In this document: piece by piece, positions 30,010 to 40,010 of the stretch
Numbering within the stretch: position 1 is the stretch's first letter
How the letters are laid out: every line of letters starts with the position of its first letter
DNA from: Candidatus Velthaea sp.
GTDB lineage: Bacteria > Vulcanimicrobiota > Vulcanimicrobiia > Vulcanimicrobiales > Vulcanimicrobiaceae
Direction: 5' to 3'
Assembly (NCBI GenBank): GCA_965214935.1
Contig: CBDCCS010000022.1
Location: 576,001-640,000, forward strand
Length of the DNA stretch: 64,000 nt
Notes under the pieces: model-generated
Seen by the model: only the letters and a program-made list of their open reading frames with translations
Databases searched by the model: none
What the model was told of the DNA's origin: nothing
Position numbers and translations under genes: made by a program

Positions 30010-31034
30010 GCGCGGTTGCCGAAGCGCGGCCGCTATCGGTACGCCGTTGGAACCCGGTATCGATCGCGGCCACGGCCGGCTTGGCCGGAATCGTTGCCGT
30101 TCTCGCCTTCGGTCCGTTGTTTCTCGGTGCATACCTCACCGATCGCATCACAACGTTGTTTATCTACATTATTTTAGCTGCAATGTGGAACGCACTGGCC
30201 GGTTACGCCGGGTTGGTGTCGGTTGGACAACAGGCCTTTTTCGGTTTGGGTGCATATGCGGCAATCCGGCTATCGCACGCCGGTGTCGACGTGTATCCGG
30301 CCTTGGCTCTCGCGCCGTTGATCGTCGGTCTGCTCGCATTTGTGCTTTCACCCTTAGCTCTGCGCTTGCGCGGTGGTGAATTTGCCATCGGTATGTGGGT
30401 GTTCAGCGAGATCGCGCATTTACTCGTGAATCTCGACGGTGTCGTACAGGGTGAGACCGGGACATCGCTCATCGCGCTGTCGGCGTTCAGCGCCGATGCT
30501 CGCCGCGCTGACAATTACTGGCTGGCCCTGGCAATCATGACCGTCGTGGTGGCACTTGTGTTTTTCTTGCTGCGCAGCCGCATGGGCGCTTCGATCCAAG
30601 CGATTCGCGACAACGAAGAAGCTGCAGCATCGGTCGGCGTGCGCGTGATGGCGACCAAACGCATTATCTTCGTGCTTGCCGCCGTCGGCTGCGCGGCAGC
30701 CGGTGCCCTCACGCTTTCGACCCTCATCAGCTTCCAGCCAAAGACATACTTTAGCGTGCAGTGGACGGCATATATGGTGTTCATGACGCTTGTCGGTGGC
30801 TTAGGAACGTTCGAGGGACCGATTCTCGGCGCGCTCATCTTCTTTGCGATCGAGACGCTCTTCGGCGGCAGCGGCGTCTGGTATCTCGTTGCGCTCGGTG
30901 CAGCCGCGCTACTCTTTTCGCTGTTCTTGCCGCGCGGTATCTGGGGGACGCTCAGCGCGCGTACGGGGCTGCAACTCATGCCGGTGGGGTATCGGCTGCT
31001 GTCCGGCGCGCGCAGCGCCGCAAAGGCGAAGTAA
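30006..31034 (+). CDS. Liv-type ABC permease (LivM-like)
   Basis: GYAGLVSVGQQAFFG, AIRDNEEAA, GGLGTFEGP. Confidence 0.93.
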   Translation: MSAVAEARPLSVRRWNPVSIAATAGLAGIVAVLAFGPLFLGAYLTDRITTLFIYIILAAMWNALAGYAGLVSVGQQAFFGLGAYAAIRLSHAGVDVYPALALAPLIVGLLAFVLSPLALRLRGGEFAIGMWVFSEIAHLLVNLDGVVQGETGTSLIALSAFSADARRADNYWLALAIMTVVVALVFFLLRSRMGASIQAIRDNEEAAASVGVRVMATKRIIFVLAAVGCAAAGALTLSTLISFQPKTYFSVQWTAYMVFMTLVGGLGTFEGPILGALIFFAIETLFGGSGVWYLVALGAAALLFSLFLPRGIWGTLSARTGLQLMPVGYRLLSGARSAAKAK

Positions 31035-31035
31035 C

Positions 31036-32142
31036 ATGCAAATTCAAGCCGCCGTTACCCGCGCCGTTCAGGCGCCGATGTCGATGGAAACGCTCGAGCT
31101 CGAAGAACCGCGCGCGAACGAGATTCTCGTGCGCGTTATCGCGACGGGCGTCTGCCATACCGACATTGCGATGCGCGATCAGACCTTTCCGGTTCCGCAG
31201 CCGATCGTGCTCGGGCACGAGGGCGCGGGGATCGTCGAGCGCGTTGGAAACGCGGTCGGCTCGGTCGCGCCCGGCGACCCCGTCGTCATGAGCTACAACT
31301 CGTGCGGTACGTGTCCCAGCTGCAGCGAACACGCGGCGACGTATTGTTACGATTTCTTCGGCCGTAACTTTGCCGGCGTTCGGCCCGACGGCTCGACGTC
31401 GCTATCGGGACCCGGCGCAATTCACGGCAATTTTTTCGGCCAATCGTCGTTCGCAAGTTTTGCGCTTTGTCACGAACGTAACGTCGTGAAAGTACCGCAC
31501 GACGTCCCGCTCGATTTGCTCGGTCCGCTCGCCTGCGGCTTTCAAACCGGTGCGGGGGCCGTCTTTAACGCTTTACATGTCAGCGCGGGACGGTCGTTTG
31601 GGGTCTTCGGCGCCGGGTCGGTCGGGCTGAGCGCCGTAATGGCCGCACGAGTCGCCGGTGCAGCGATGATCATTGCCGTCGATCTAAACGAAGAACGGCT
31701 GTCACTCGCGCGTGAATTCGGCGCCACGCATACATTCAATCCGCAAAACGGCAGTCCGGTCGATGCAGTTCTTGCCGCGACCGGCGCGGGTCTCAATTTC
31801 GCACTCGATACGACCGGCGTCCCGGCGGTTATTCGGCAAGCGATGGATGCACTCGCGCCGCGCGGCATTTGCGGGATCGTCGGCGCCGGCGCGGCCGGAA
31901 GCGAAGTGCGCCTCGACATGCTCAACGTCATGACGGCGGGTCGTACGCTACGCGGCATCGTTGAAGGCGATGCCGTACCGCAAACGTTCATTCCGAAGCT
32001 CATCGATCTGTACCGCGAGGGCCGATTTCCGTTTGACAAACTCATCACGTTTTATCCGTTCGCCGAGTTGAACGCAGCAATACGCGACTCGGAAAATGGC
32101 AAAGTCGTCAAAGCCGTCGTGCGCATGAACCACTCAGCGTGA
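31036..32142 (+). CDS. Zn-dependent aryl/benzyl-alcohol dehydrogenase (XylB-like)
   Basis: GVCHTD, GHEGAG, CGTCPSC..C, FFGQSSFA, GPLACGFQTGAG, GRFPFDKL. Confidence 0.88.
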   Translation: MQIQAAVTRAVQAPMSMETLELEEPRANEILVRVIATGVCHTDIAMRDQTFPVPQPIVLGHEGAGIVERVGNAVGSVAPGDPVVMSYNSCGTCPSCSEHAATYCYDFFGRNFAGVRPDGSTSLSGPGAIHGNFFGQSSFASFALCHERNVVKVPHDVPLDLLGPLACGFQTGAGAVFNALHVSAGRSFGVFGAGSVGLSAVMAARVAGAAMIIAVDLNEERLSLAREFGATHTFNPQNGSPVDAVLAATGAGLNFALDTTGVPAVIRQAMDALAPRGICGIVGAGAAGSEVRLDMLNVMTAGRTLRGIVEGDAVPQTFIPKLIDLYREGRFPFDKLITFYPFAELNAAIRDSENGKVVKAVVRMNHSA

Positions 32143-33329
32143 GCGCCGCTCGGACGCAAGTTGCGATCGTCGGTGCCGGGCCGGCGGGTTTGATGCTCGC
32201 CCACCTGCTGCAGCGCTGCGGTATCGAATCCGTCATCATTGAAACACGCAGCCGCGATTACGTCGAACGGCGCGTGCGCGCCGGCGTGCTCGAACATGAA
32301 ACGGCGAACCTGCTCGAAGCGACGGGCGTCGGCGCGCGTATGCGCCGTGAGGGCCTCGTGCACCGCGGTATCGAGTTACAATTCGAGGGCCGCCGCAAAC
32401 GCATCGACTTCGCCGAATTAACCAGCGGGAAATCGGTAACGGTCTACGGTCAGCAAGAGGTTGTCAAAGACCTCATCGCAGCGCGGCTGGCAACCGGCGC
32501 AGCCGTGCTTTTCGAGCACGAAGTCGTCGCGATCGATGCCGACGGCACGGACCATGCAACGCTCCGTTACCAGCCGGCCGATGGGCCGATTCAAACGCTC
32601 GAAGCCGACTTTATCGCCGGGTGCGACGGCTTTCACGGTGCGTGTCGCGCAGCGATTCCCAGCGCTCGCATCGCGCTGTACGAACACGTCTTCCCCTTCT
32701 CGTGGCTTGGCATTCTGGCCGAGTCGCCGCCGGTTTCCGAAGAGCTGATCTACGCAAATCACGAGCGCGGTTTTGCACTCGTCTCGATGCGTTCGCTTAG
32801 CATCAGCCGGCTTTATCTGCAATGCCGCGTCGACGAAGAACTTGCGCTTTGGCCGGACGAACGCATTTGGGCCGAACTGCGCGAACGGCTCGGCAGCGAT
32901 GACGGAGGACCGGCGGTTACGGCTGGCGCGGTGCTGCAAAAAGGGATTACGCCGATGCGCAGCTTTGTGTGCGAGCCGATGCGATACGGCCGGCTGTTTC
33001 TGGCCGGCGACTCGGCACACATCGTTCCACCAACCGGCGCCAAGGGCATGAATTTGGCAATTGCGGACGTGCGGGTACTTGCGAAAGCGCTCGAAGCGTA
33101 CTACGCCGATGCAAGCTCCGCTCTGCTCGATGCCTATTCACAGACATGTTTGCGCCGTATCTGGAAGACCCAGCGGTTCTCAACGTACATGACCGGAATG
33201 CTGCACCGCTTCGACGATCATGGGCCGTTTGAACGTCGCGTGCAGCTTGCGGAACTCGACAATGTCACGAGCTCGCGAGCCGCGGCCACGAGTTTAGCTG
33301 AAAGCTATGTCGGCTTACCGTTTGCGTGA
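32139..33329 (+). CDS. pobA: 4-hydroxybenzoate 3-monooxygenase
   Basis: GAGPAG, RAGVLE, VYGQQEV, GCDGFHG, ELIYANHERGFAL, GDSAHIVPPTGAKGMNLA, YVGLP. Confidence 0.96.
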   Translation: MSAARTQVAIVGAGPAGLMLAHLLQRCGIESVIIETRSRDYVERRVRAGVLEHETANLLEATGVGARMRREGLVHRGIELQFEGRRKRIDFAELTSGKSVTVYGQQEVVKDLIAARLATGAAVLFEHEVVAIDADGTDHATLRYQPADGPIQTLEADFIAGCDGFHGACRAAIPSARIALYEHVFPFSWLGILAESPPVSEELIYANHERGFALVSMRSLSISRLYLQCRVDEELALWPDERIWAELRERLGSDDGGPAVTAGAVLQKGITPMRSFVCEPMRYGRLFLAGDSAHIVPPTGAKGMNLAIADVRVLAKALEAYYADASSALLDAYSQTCLRRIWKTQRFSTYMTGMLHRFDDHGPFERRVQLAELDNVTSSRAAATSLAESYVGLPFA

Positions 33330-34105
33330 AAACGCATCACGCCGGCTCCGTTAGCGGCAGGCGCATTTCCGACGGTTTCATCCGGGCCGAAGGCAACGAT
33401 CGCAGCGTTTACCGCTCGTACCGCCACGGCGACGATACACGCGTTTGAACGGTGTTCTACACGGAGCGACCACGCCGACGGCGGTCCGTAAGGTGCTTCG
33501 ATCGCGCCGAAGTACGGCGCAATCGTGTCGCAGGCCGCGACGCTGAAGCGATGAAATTCGTAGCCGAGGCCGAGGCCGATTGCTTTCGCAAACGCCTCTT
33601 TACTCGTCCATAAACGTAAGAAGATACCGTTTCGATCTTCGGCGCGTGCCGAGCGTAACGTTTGCACTTCTTCGCGTGCAAAGTAACGTTCGGCAATCGC
33701 CAGAGCGTTCGGCACCGGACGAGCGCATTCGATATCGATGCCGACGGGCGTCGAGAAGCTGACGGCAACGACGGCATGCCTTGCGCAGTGTGCAAGACTG
33801 TACCGCAGCTCGGATCCGGCATCGATGAGCGGCCGGCCCGTCGGGCTCGCGCGAAGCGGCACCGCGACCGGCAAGCAGTCGAGATACGACCCAAGGATCG
33901 TGCGGACGAAGACGTGCGCTGCGACATAGCGCGCACGATCGCCCGCACGTAAGAATTTAGCGGCGCGCGTTCGTTCGGCAAACGATAAACTCGTACGGGA
34001 GCGCGCTGCATCGGCCGCTTCTTTCGTAAAGTCGAGCGAATGCAAATGCACCTCTCGGCCGGCCGGCAGCGCTCGCGCGAACGGCACGTTAACTACGTAC
34101 GTCAA
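33305..34105 (-). CDS. Sfp-type 4'-phosphopantetheinyl transferase
   Basis: GRP, YSLAH, PVGIDIE, FLRLWTSKEAFAKAIGLGL. Confidence 0.9.
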   Translation of the reverse strand: MTYVVNVPFARALPAGREVHLHSLDFTKEAADAARSRTSLSFAERTRAAKFLRAGDRARYVAAHVFVRTILGSYLDCLPVAVPLRASPTGRPLIDAGSELRYSLAHCARHAVVAVSFSTPVGIDIECARPVPNALAIAERYFAREEVQTLRSARAEDRNGIFLRLWTSKEAFAKAIGLGLGYEFHRFSVAACDTIAPYFGAIEAPYGPPSAWSLRVEHRSNACIVAVAVRAVNAAIVAFGPDETVGNAPAANGAGVMRFHANGKPT

Positions 34106-34345
34106 GTCGCCGGAAGCCTACGTACCGCAAGCATCGTCGACCGCTTACATCGCCTCGCGTTACTTTTCGTGCATTAGGGCCGAACGGCATATACTTCGAG
34201 CTCCAGCACTTTGACATTATGAAATCACTCTCGACACCGGCGGGGAGCAGCCGAACAGAAGCGTCGTCGCAGCCTGCTTGCGACGACTGCAGCCGCCGAA
34301 ATAGTCGACCAGTGTATAGCACAGCAGTCGTATGAGGTTAAATAA

Positions 34346-35383
34346 ATGCAACTTGAGTCCACGTTCCGATTCGATGAACCCGATGATGACGTCCCGCACT
34401 TTGAATATAATCCGTTTCCCGTCGTGCCGGGTCCGCTCGGTGCATTGAGCCTGTTGCCCGGCAAGTGGCAGGGCAAAGGTTTTAACACGATTTGGCGGCC
34501 GTTTCACGACACAACGCCGGCCAAGCAAGACCGCTTCCTCGAGTTAAATCTTACCGATGAGTCGATCACCTTCGATGCAATCAACGGCGCAATACCGAAT
34601 CGCGGCTTGTTGCAGCCCGATATCAATATGTTCGGCTTGACCTACTTACAGCAGATAGCGGATTCCAATGAAAACGGCGCGGGCCTTCACATCGAACCCG
34701 GCATCTGGTGCACCGTCCCGGCCACAACGAATCCGCCCGAGCCCAGTACAATCGTCCGCATGGCATCGATTCCTCACGGAACCACCGTCATGGCGCAGGG
34801 TGTTGCCGTCAGCGTCAACGGGCCGCCGAAAATAGACGCAGCTTCCATCACGCCCTTTGTCATTGGTGACCCGGCAAAATTGATAAAGTTTCCCGAGAGC
34901 AATCTCGGTGTGCCGACGGCATTTCGCTCGCACGCGCCGCAGATCGACGGCATCACGCAAGCAATGGTCGACAATCCGAATTCGGTGCTTCTCGATGCCA
35001 TTAAGGGACAGGTCTTTCAGAGAACCATTGCGTTGATCGTGTCAACCGATCCGACGGCACCCGTGCTCGGCGGCGGCACCGACAATACCGGTTTTCTTGC
35101 CGGATCGAAAACGGGCGGCCCGAACGCGCAAGGCGCGAACATGACCGCAATCTTTTGGATCGAACTCGTCAAAGGCACGCCGGACTTTCTACAACTTCAA
35201 TACACGCAAACAGTCTTGCTTAATTTCAATGGACTGAGCTGGCCGCATGTTACCGTTGCAACGCTGCGGAAGGTCGAAGACAAGCCGGTCGATTTGAAGC
35301 TGCTCGCTCCGCGGATTCCGCCGGAAGTCCGGACCGACATCGACGAAAAAAGCCGTCAAATTCGGCAAGGCTTCCTGAAGTAG
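34346..35383 (+). CDS. Conserved protein resembling the family annotated 'heme-binding protein'
   Basis: LGALSLLPGKWQGKGFNTIWRP, IPNRG, LHIEPGIW, RMASIPHG, LQYTQTVLLNF, WPHVTVATL; family recalled from memory, function uncertain. Confidence 0.7.
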   Translation: MQLESTFRFDEPDDDVPHFEYNPFPVVPGPLGALSLLPGKWQGKGFNTIWRPFHDTTPAKQDRFLELNLTDESITFDAINGAIPNRGLLQPDINMFGLTYLQQIADSNENGAGLHIEPGIWCTVPATTNPPEPSTIVRMASIPHGTTVMAQGVAVSVNGPPKIDAASITPFVIGDPAKLIKFPESNLGVPTAFRSHAPQIDGITQAMVDNPNSVLLDAIKGQVFQRTIALIVSTDPTAPVLGGGTDNTGFLAGSKTGGPNAQGANMTAIFWIELVKGTPDFLQLQYTQTVLLNFNGLSWPHVTVATLRKVEDKPVDLKLLAPRIPPEVRTDIDEKSRQIRQGFLK

Positions 35384-35409
35384 TTTACGCTGAACACATA
35401 GGTGAGCTC

Positions 35410-36963
35410 ATGACCGAATCGCTCGTCCGAAGCCGCTTTCGTCAGCTGAGTGCATGGGTGACGCTCTTTAGCTTAAGCTTCGCGGCGAGCTCGGTCGCAT
35501 GCGCACAGGTTCCGCCGGCCCCGGTCATTGCCGTCCCGGCCGCCGGAACAACGGTTCGCGGCCGGCTTACCGATCGAGGGCAACCGCTCGCAGCAACGAC
35601 GGTTGCTTTCTATGACTCGCAAAAACGACTTGCAGGCAGCGCAGAGACAGACAGCTCCGGCAATTACCAGACATCTTCGCTTGCGCCCGGTTCTTACACC
35701 GCTCGTGTCGTCAGGGCCGGCGGCTTTGCACCGCTACCGGTCGCGAATTTTAGCGTCGATACGCCGGCCGCGTCGGCGACGCCGCTGCTGCTTCCCGAAT
35801 GGCACGCCCCCTTAGCGCCCGCTCATGCAGTTCCGGCTGCCCCGCAAACGGCGTCACCGCCGGATGCCGCACCGCCCCCGGCGCCACCCGTGCCGCTGAG
35901 CGCTCCTCCGTCAACGCCGCGACCCGTAAGCGCCGCCGCTCCCGCACCGGATCGAATGACGCTAGGCGCCGACCGGCTATTTTACGTCACCGACCGTGCG
36001 CAAGGCACAGCAACCGATTCATCATCTTTCAACGCGCTGCCGGAAGATGAGTGCGCCGACCTTCCCGGCTGTACGTTGCGCTATGGAAGCGTCGCAATGG
36101 ATTCGAGCGACACGACATCGTTACAAGTCGAGCAGTTTTTTTCGCAAGTCGCCTTCGCGGCCCGGAGTGACGCTAAGCGTGACGTCGTCCTGTACATTCA
36201 CGGTTGCTGCACTGATTTTGCAACCGCTTTGACCGAAGAGCGCCTCGTGGCTGCCGATATCAGTTCCGCGCCGGTAATCGTCTACAGCATTCCGGCGAAA
36301 AATAACACGACGCTGTTCCCCGGCATCGTCATGCCGCTAAATTATTTTTATGATGAAAACGAGTACACATGGAGCTTTCCGCACCTTACCAAATTACTCG
36401 ATGAATTACTTGCGTTGCGACCCGCCGTTCGAATCAACGTGTTGGCGCATAGTCTGGGCAATCGGGTGTTCATTTCGGCAGCTCAACTCTTCGCATACGA
36501 ACATCGAAGCGATCGTGCTGCACCATTTGGCAATGTCGTTCTTCTGGCACCCGATGTCGATACGCAAACGTTCGTTGAGACGGCACCGTTGCTCCGTGAA
36601 CTAGGCGCACATATCACCGTCTATCGCTCCGACAACGACGAGGCGATTCACGGCTCCCAGATCATCCACGAGCACCCGCGGCTGGGCCGCGTCGACAAGT
36701 CGCAATACTTCTCGGGCATCGCGCCGGCGGTCGACGCGATCGATGCGACGACGTTTAAGTGTGAAGCGACCGGTCACTTTTATTGGAAGCTGAGCTCGAT
36801 CGTACGTGCGGATATCGCCGCAGCGCTCAGCGACGTCCGTCCGACGGCAAGCCGTCGTGCGTCGGCGCTTGTGGCGACCGGACCGGCATCCTGGCAGTTC
36901 CAAATTGGATCGGCCATAAATTCGGGTGATTGTCCCGCAATACCAACAAATCTCGATGGCTAA
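35410..36963 (+). CDS. Secreted protein: carboxypeptidase-regulatory-like domain, Pro-rich linker, DUF900 alpha/beta hydrolase
   Basis: Signal peptide; TDSSGNY...LAPGSYT; LFYVTDR, LYIHG, AHSLGNR nucleophile, LAPDVD, GHFYW. Confidence 0.82.
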   Translation: MTESLVRSRFRQLSAWVTLFSLSFAASSVACAQVPPAPVIAVPAAGTTVRGRLTDRGQPLAATTVAFYDSQKRLAGSAETDSSGNYQTSSLAPGSYTARVVRAGGFAPLPVANFSVDTPAASATPLLLPEWHAPLAPAHAVPAAPQTASPPDAAPPPAPPVPLSAPPSTPRPVSAAAPAPDRMTLGADRLFYVTDRAQGTATDSSSFNALPEDECADLPGCTLRYGSVAMDSSDTTSLQVEQFFSQVAFAARSDAKRDVVLYIHGCCTDFATALTEERLVAADISSAPVIVYSIPAKNNTTLFPGIVMPLNYFYDENEYTWSFPHLTKLLDELLALRPAVRINVLAHSLGNRVFISAAQLFAYEHRSDRAAPFGNVVLLAPDVDTQTFVETAPLLRELGAHITVYRSDNDEAIHGSQIIHEHPRLGRVDKSQYFSGIAPAVDAIDATTFKCEATGHFYWKLSSIVRADIAAALSDVRPTASRRASALVATGPASWQFQIGSAINSGDCPAIPTNLDG

Positions 36964-37612
36964 TGCCGTAGTAACATCTACTGCGTCGGTAAATCGCAAC
37001 GCCTTACGTTCCGGCAGATTCCGTGTGGCACAAACGTCCCCCACGCAAGACCGGTGCCGCCGTCACATGTCAGCGGATGAAATGACCGCAACGGGGCATC
37101 AGGCAATCGTATGCGTCCATAGGGCAACGCCGAGCGATTAGCGATGGCCGAAAACCGAAGCGAAACGATCGCTAACGCTTTTTGACGAATCGTAAAGCTG
37201 TTCATCGCGGAGACACCCTAGCGACTTTCGTGTCGACGAATTCGAAACGGAACATCATTTCGCGCAGCTTGACCCCGCCAAGCGGAGCGTTACGGCGCAC
37301 CAATAGCACCGCGGACGATCAGCTCGCTCGACTCGAGCGACACCGCCACGAGTCCCTGTCGGCCATCGTCTCCTTAGCGCCGGCCGCAGATGCAAACACA
37401 TGTCAACGAGCCGGTTCGCCTTGGTCCCGAAGTCGTTCTGCAGTAGAGTCGTTCCGTACTCAACAGACTCGGCGCTCGAACTTATTACCAGCAATTTTTC
37501 GTTCCGTGCGGTGGATAAGCATGTCCTTCGAGCAGCGGTTCTTAAATGTGACCGTGCGCAGCACGAAGCAAGAAGCGCGACGACCGAGTTTCATTATGGA
37601 GTCGAACAACGT

Positions 37613-38416
37613 ATGTCATACGTTCATGGCTACGACGTCAAGGAAAGCATCCGGCTACAGGATCAAGCTGCGACGCTCACCGAGCTGCTGCACTCGGATA
37701 CCTCATTCGAACCCGGGACCAGCGTTCTCGAAGCCGGTTGCGGAGTCGGAGCCCAGACCATCATTCTTGCCTCACAAAACCCGGCCGCTTCGATCACGTC
37801 GATCGATCTGTCAGCTTCCTCGGTCGCGCAAGCACGGGCAGTTATTGCGGCGCACGGCTTGACGAACGTGGCGGTTCAGCAAGCGGACATTTTCGATCTG
37901 CCGTTTCTGCCGGATTCTTTCGATCACGTCTTTGTCTGCTTCGTGCTCGAGCATTTGCGATTTCCCGTTGAAGCGTTAGCTGCTCTTGAAGCCGTTTTGA
38001 AGCCCGGCGGGACGATTACGCTCATTGAGGGCGATCATGGCTCGACGTTCTTTTGGCCGCGGAGCGAGTTTGCAAGTAAAGCCGTTCATTGCCAGATCGC
38101 ACTGCAAGAGCGTGCCAGCGGTAACGCGTTGATCGGCCGCGAACTTTACCCGTTGCTACGCAGAGCCGGTTACACCGAAATTCGCGTATCACCCCGAATG
38201 GTTTACGTCGACTCGAGCAAGCCCGAGCTGGTTGATCGGTTCACGATCAAGACATTTACGGCGATGATCGAGGGCATCCGGGACGCCGCACTTGCAGCCT
38301 CGATCATCAGCCCGGTCGACTTCGACCGAGGCATAGCCGATCTCCATCGAACCGCTCAAGCGGATGGTGTCTTCTGTTACACGTTTTTTAAGGCAAAAGC
38401 CATTAAGAGCTGCTAG
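37613..38416 (+). CDS. Class I SAM-dependent methyltransferase
   Basis: VLEAGCGVG, FDHVFVCFVLEH, LKPGG; ATG 37613 preceded by GGAG. Confidence 0.9.
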   Translation: MSYVHGYDVKESIRLQDQAATLTELLHSDTSFEPGTSVLEAGCGVGAQTIILASQNPAASITSIDLSASSVAQARAVIAAHGLTNVAVQQADIFDLPFLPDSFDHVFVCFVLEHLRFPVEALAALEAVLKPGGTITLIEGDHGSTFFWPRSEFASKAVHCQIALQERASGNALIGRELYPLLRRAGYTEIRVSPRMVYVDSSKPELVDRFTIKTFTAMIEGIRDAALAASIISPVDFDRGIADLHRTAQADGVFCYTFFKAKAIKSC

Positions 38417-39068
38417 CAGATTTCCGGCTTGCGTGCATCTTCGACGACCAAAGCAGCATCGACGTACGTTCGTGGCATGTGCCGGTCCGTTCGAACCTGC
38501 AACCAGGCCGAATCCCGGTGAAACGCCGGCTAAGCCCCTCCTGCTTCCGTTCTCTCTTGGTGCCGGACCTTCGGCCGAAACGAGCGCGCATTTCTGCCCG
38601 CGTCCTTACGGCAGTGACGCCGGGAACGAAACGGTCGAGACTCATCGACGCAGCGCTCGAACAAACCAGCCAGCCGAAACCGGCATTGCGCGCAAACCTA
38701 CCAAGCTGTCCGCGTCGACATTCGTTCGGGTCAACGACGAGCGCTCAGCCGTGTTAGCATGCTGCAAAACAACGTAGCGTAGCGTCTATGCAAGTCGGTC
38801 GTAGGTAGCTCGATCATAGAACGATTGACCGATTTGTCTGAACAGTGATATGAATTCGCTTGCCGGCGGCGTTCGGGAATGGCACCGTTAACGCCGGCTG
38901 AATCCGGCGTAACGGCAACGTTGCATCCTAATGTTAACCGAGCTCATTCAAAACGCTAGTCAGGACGAATAGGACGCTCGCGGTCGGCAGCGTTCACAAC
39001 CGATTACGGCCTAGCGAAGTTGCGTCAGCTCCGAGTGCGTCGACTGCAGCGTCGGGCCTCGCCGAACG

Positions 39069-39419
39069 CTACTGACTCGTACTCGTATTCCGAAACATAT
39101 CGAGGCGCATTTGCGCGTCATCCGAACCCTTGGATGCCATCGCCTGCATTTTGGCATTCTTGCCACACTTTGCTTCGATTTGATCGATTCGCTTTCCGAC
39201 ACTTTCATGCAGCATCATGAGCGTGACGAAGTCTTTATCAACATCACCGGTCAGTATCGTCGAAGCTTTTGCCGAAACGGCAGTATTCAGCATCGATTCG
39301 GCTTGAGAGCAGTCGGAGATAACCATCGAATCGTCGGCGACAGCCGGACGTGCAGTCGTTATTGAGCTCGAAGCCGTTGCAATGAGAGCAGCAAGCAGAA
39401 TAAGTGGTAGTTTTCTCAT
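39069..39419 (-). CDS. Small secreted helical protein, DUF305/CopM-like
   Basis: Signal peptide MRKLPLILLAALIATA; TGDVDKDFVTLMMLH; KCGKNAKMQAMA. True start taken as 39419, not 39848. Confidence 0.7.
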   Translation of the reverse strand: MRKLPLILLAALIATASSSITTARPAVADDSMVISDCSQAESMLNTAVSAKASTILTGDVDKDFVTLMMLHESVGKRIDQIEAKCGKNAKMQAMASKGSDDAQMRLDMFRNTSTSQ

Positions 39420-39701
39420 TTCGTTCTTTCTTCTAAGAGTGAGTGACGATGGGGTTGTCAAAAGCGAACCATCGCAGGAAATATTCCAGGCAAGGCCGCG
39501 CTGGTCGTTAGCGGAAACACTATCATTGGTTCGAGGTTTTCTGCTTGTCGGAACTTTGCAACGGTTTGTGACGCAAGACCTAAGTGTCGTTAGCGAATCG
39601 CAGAGTAGACGGTCTATGCTTCGGTCGCCGAATAACAAACCACAACAAGCAACATCCAACAGATGCGATTCGGCAAAGGAGCCGCGAGCTGCCGGAATCG
39701 G

Positions 39702-40010
39702 CATCAAGACCGTACCACTCTTGTTTTTGGTTGTCACTCCATAAAAGTCACGATAGGAATGGTCGTCAAAAAATGTTAGTCTGTCGCCAGATTGAGGCCA
39801 ACATTCGCGCAACGTCATCAAGACCGTACCACTTTTTTTTTCCGTCACTCCACAGATTTCACGATAGAATCGATCTTTGAAAGATGGTAGCCTATCATGA
39901 ATGTGCGGCTAACAGTCAGACAATGTCGTCAAGACCATACCACTCTCGCTTCTGCCGTCACTCCACAAAATTCACGATAGAATCGATCTCTGAAAGATGT
40001 TAGCCTATCG
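39702..40010. repeat. Three imperfect tandem repeats, period 111-114 bp
   Basis: Units start at 39702, 39816 and 39927; conserved blocks TCAAGACCRTACCACT, GTCACTCCA, TCACGATAG, ATGKTAGYCTRTC. Confidence 0.9.

Noticed and set aside
38845..38915. Possible sRNA near hairpin CCGTTAACGCCGG-CTGAAT-CCGGCGTAACGG
   Set aside because: A single hairpin, a weak -10 and no U-tract; insufficient support.
39420..39848. N-terminal extension of the 259-aa ORF through the repeats
   Set aside because: A clear signal peptide starts at 39419, and the third repeat unit does not keep the reading frame.
39702..40010. Integron attC array (GGCTAAC...GTTAGCC ends)
   Set aside because: Only the terminal 8 bp pair; no convincing L boxes or long stem, no cassette ORFs between units and no intI.
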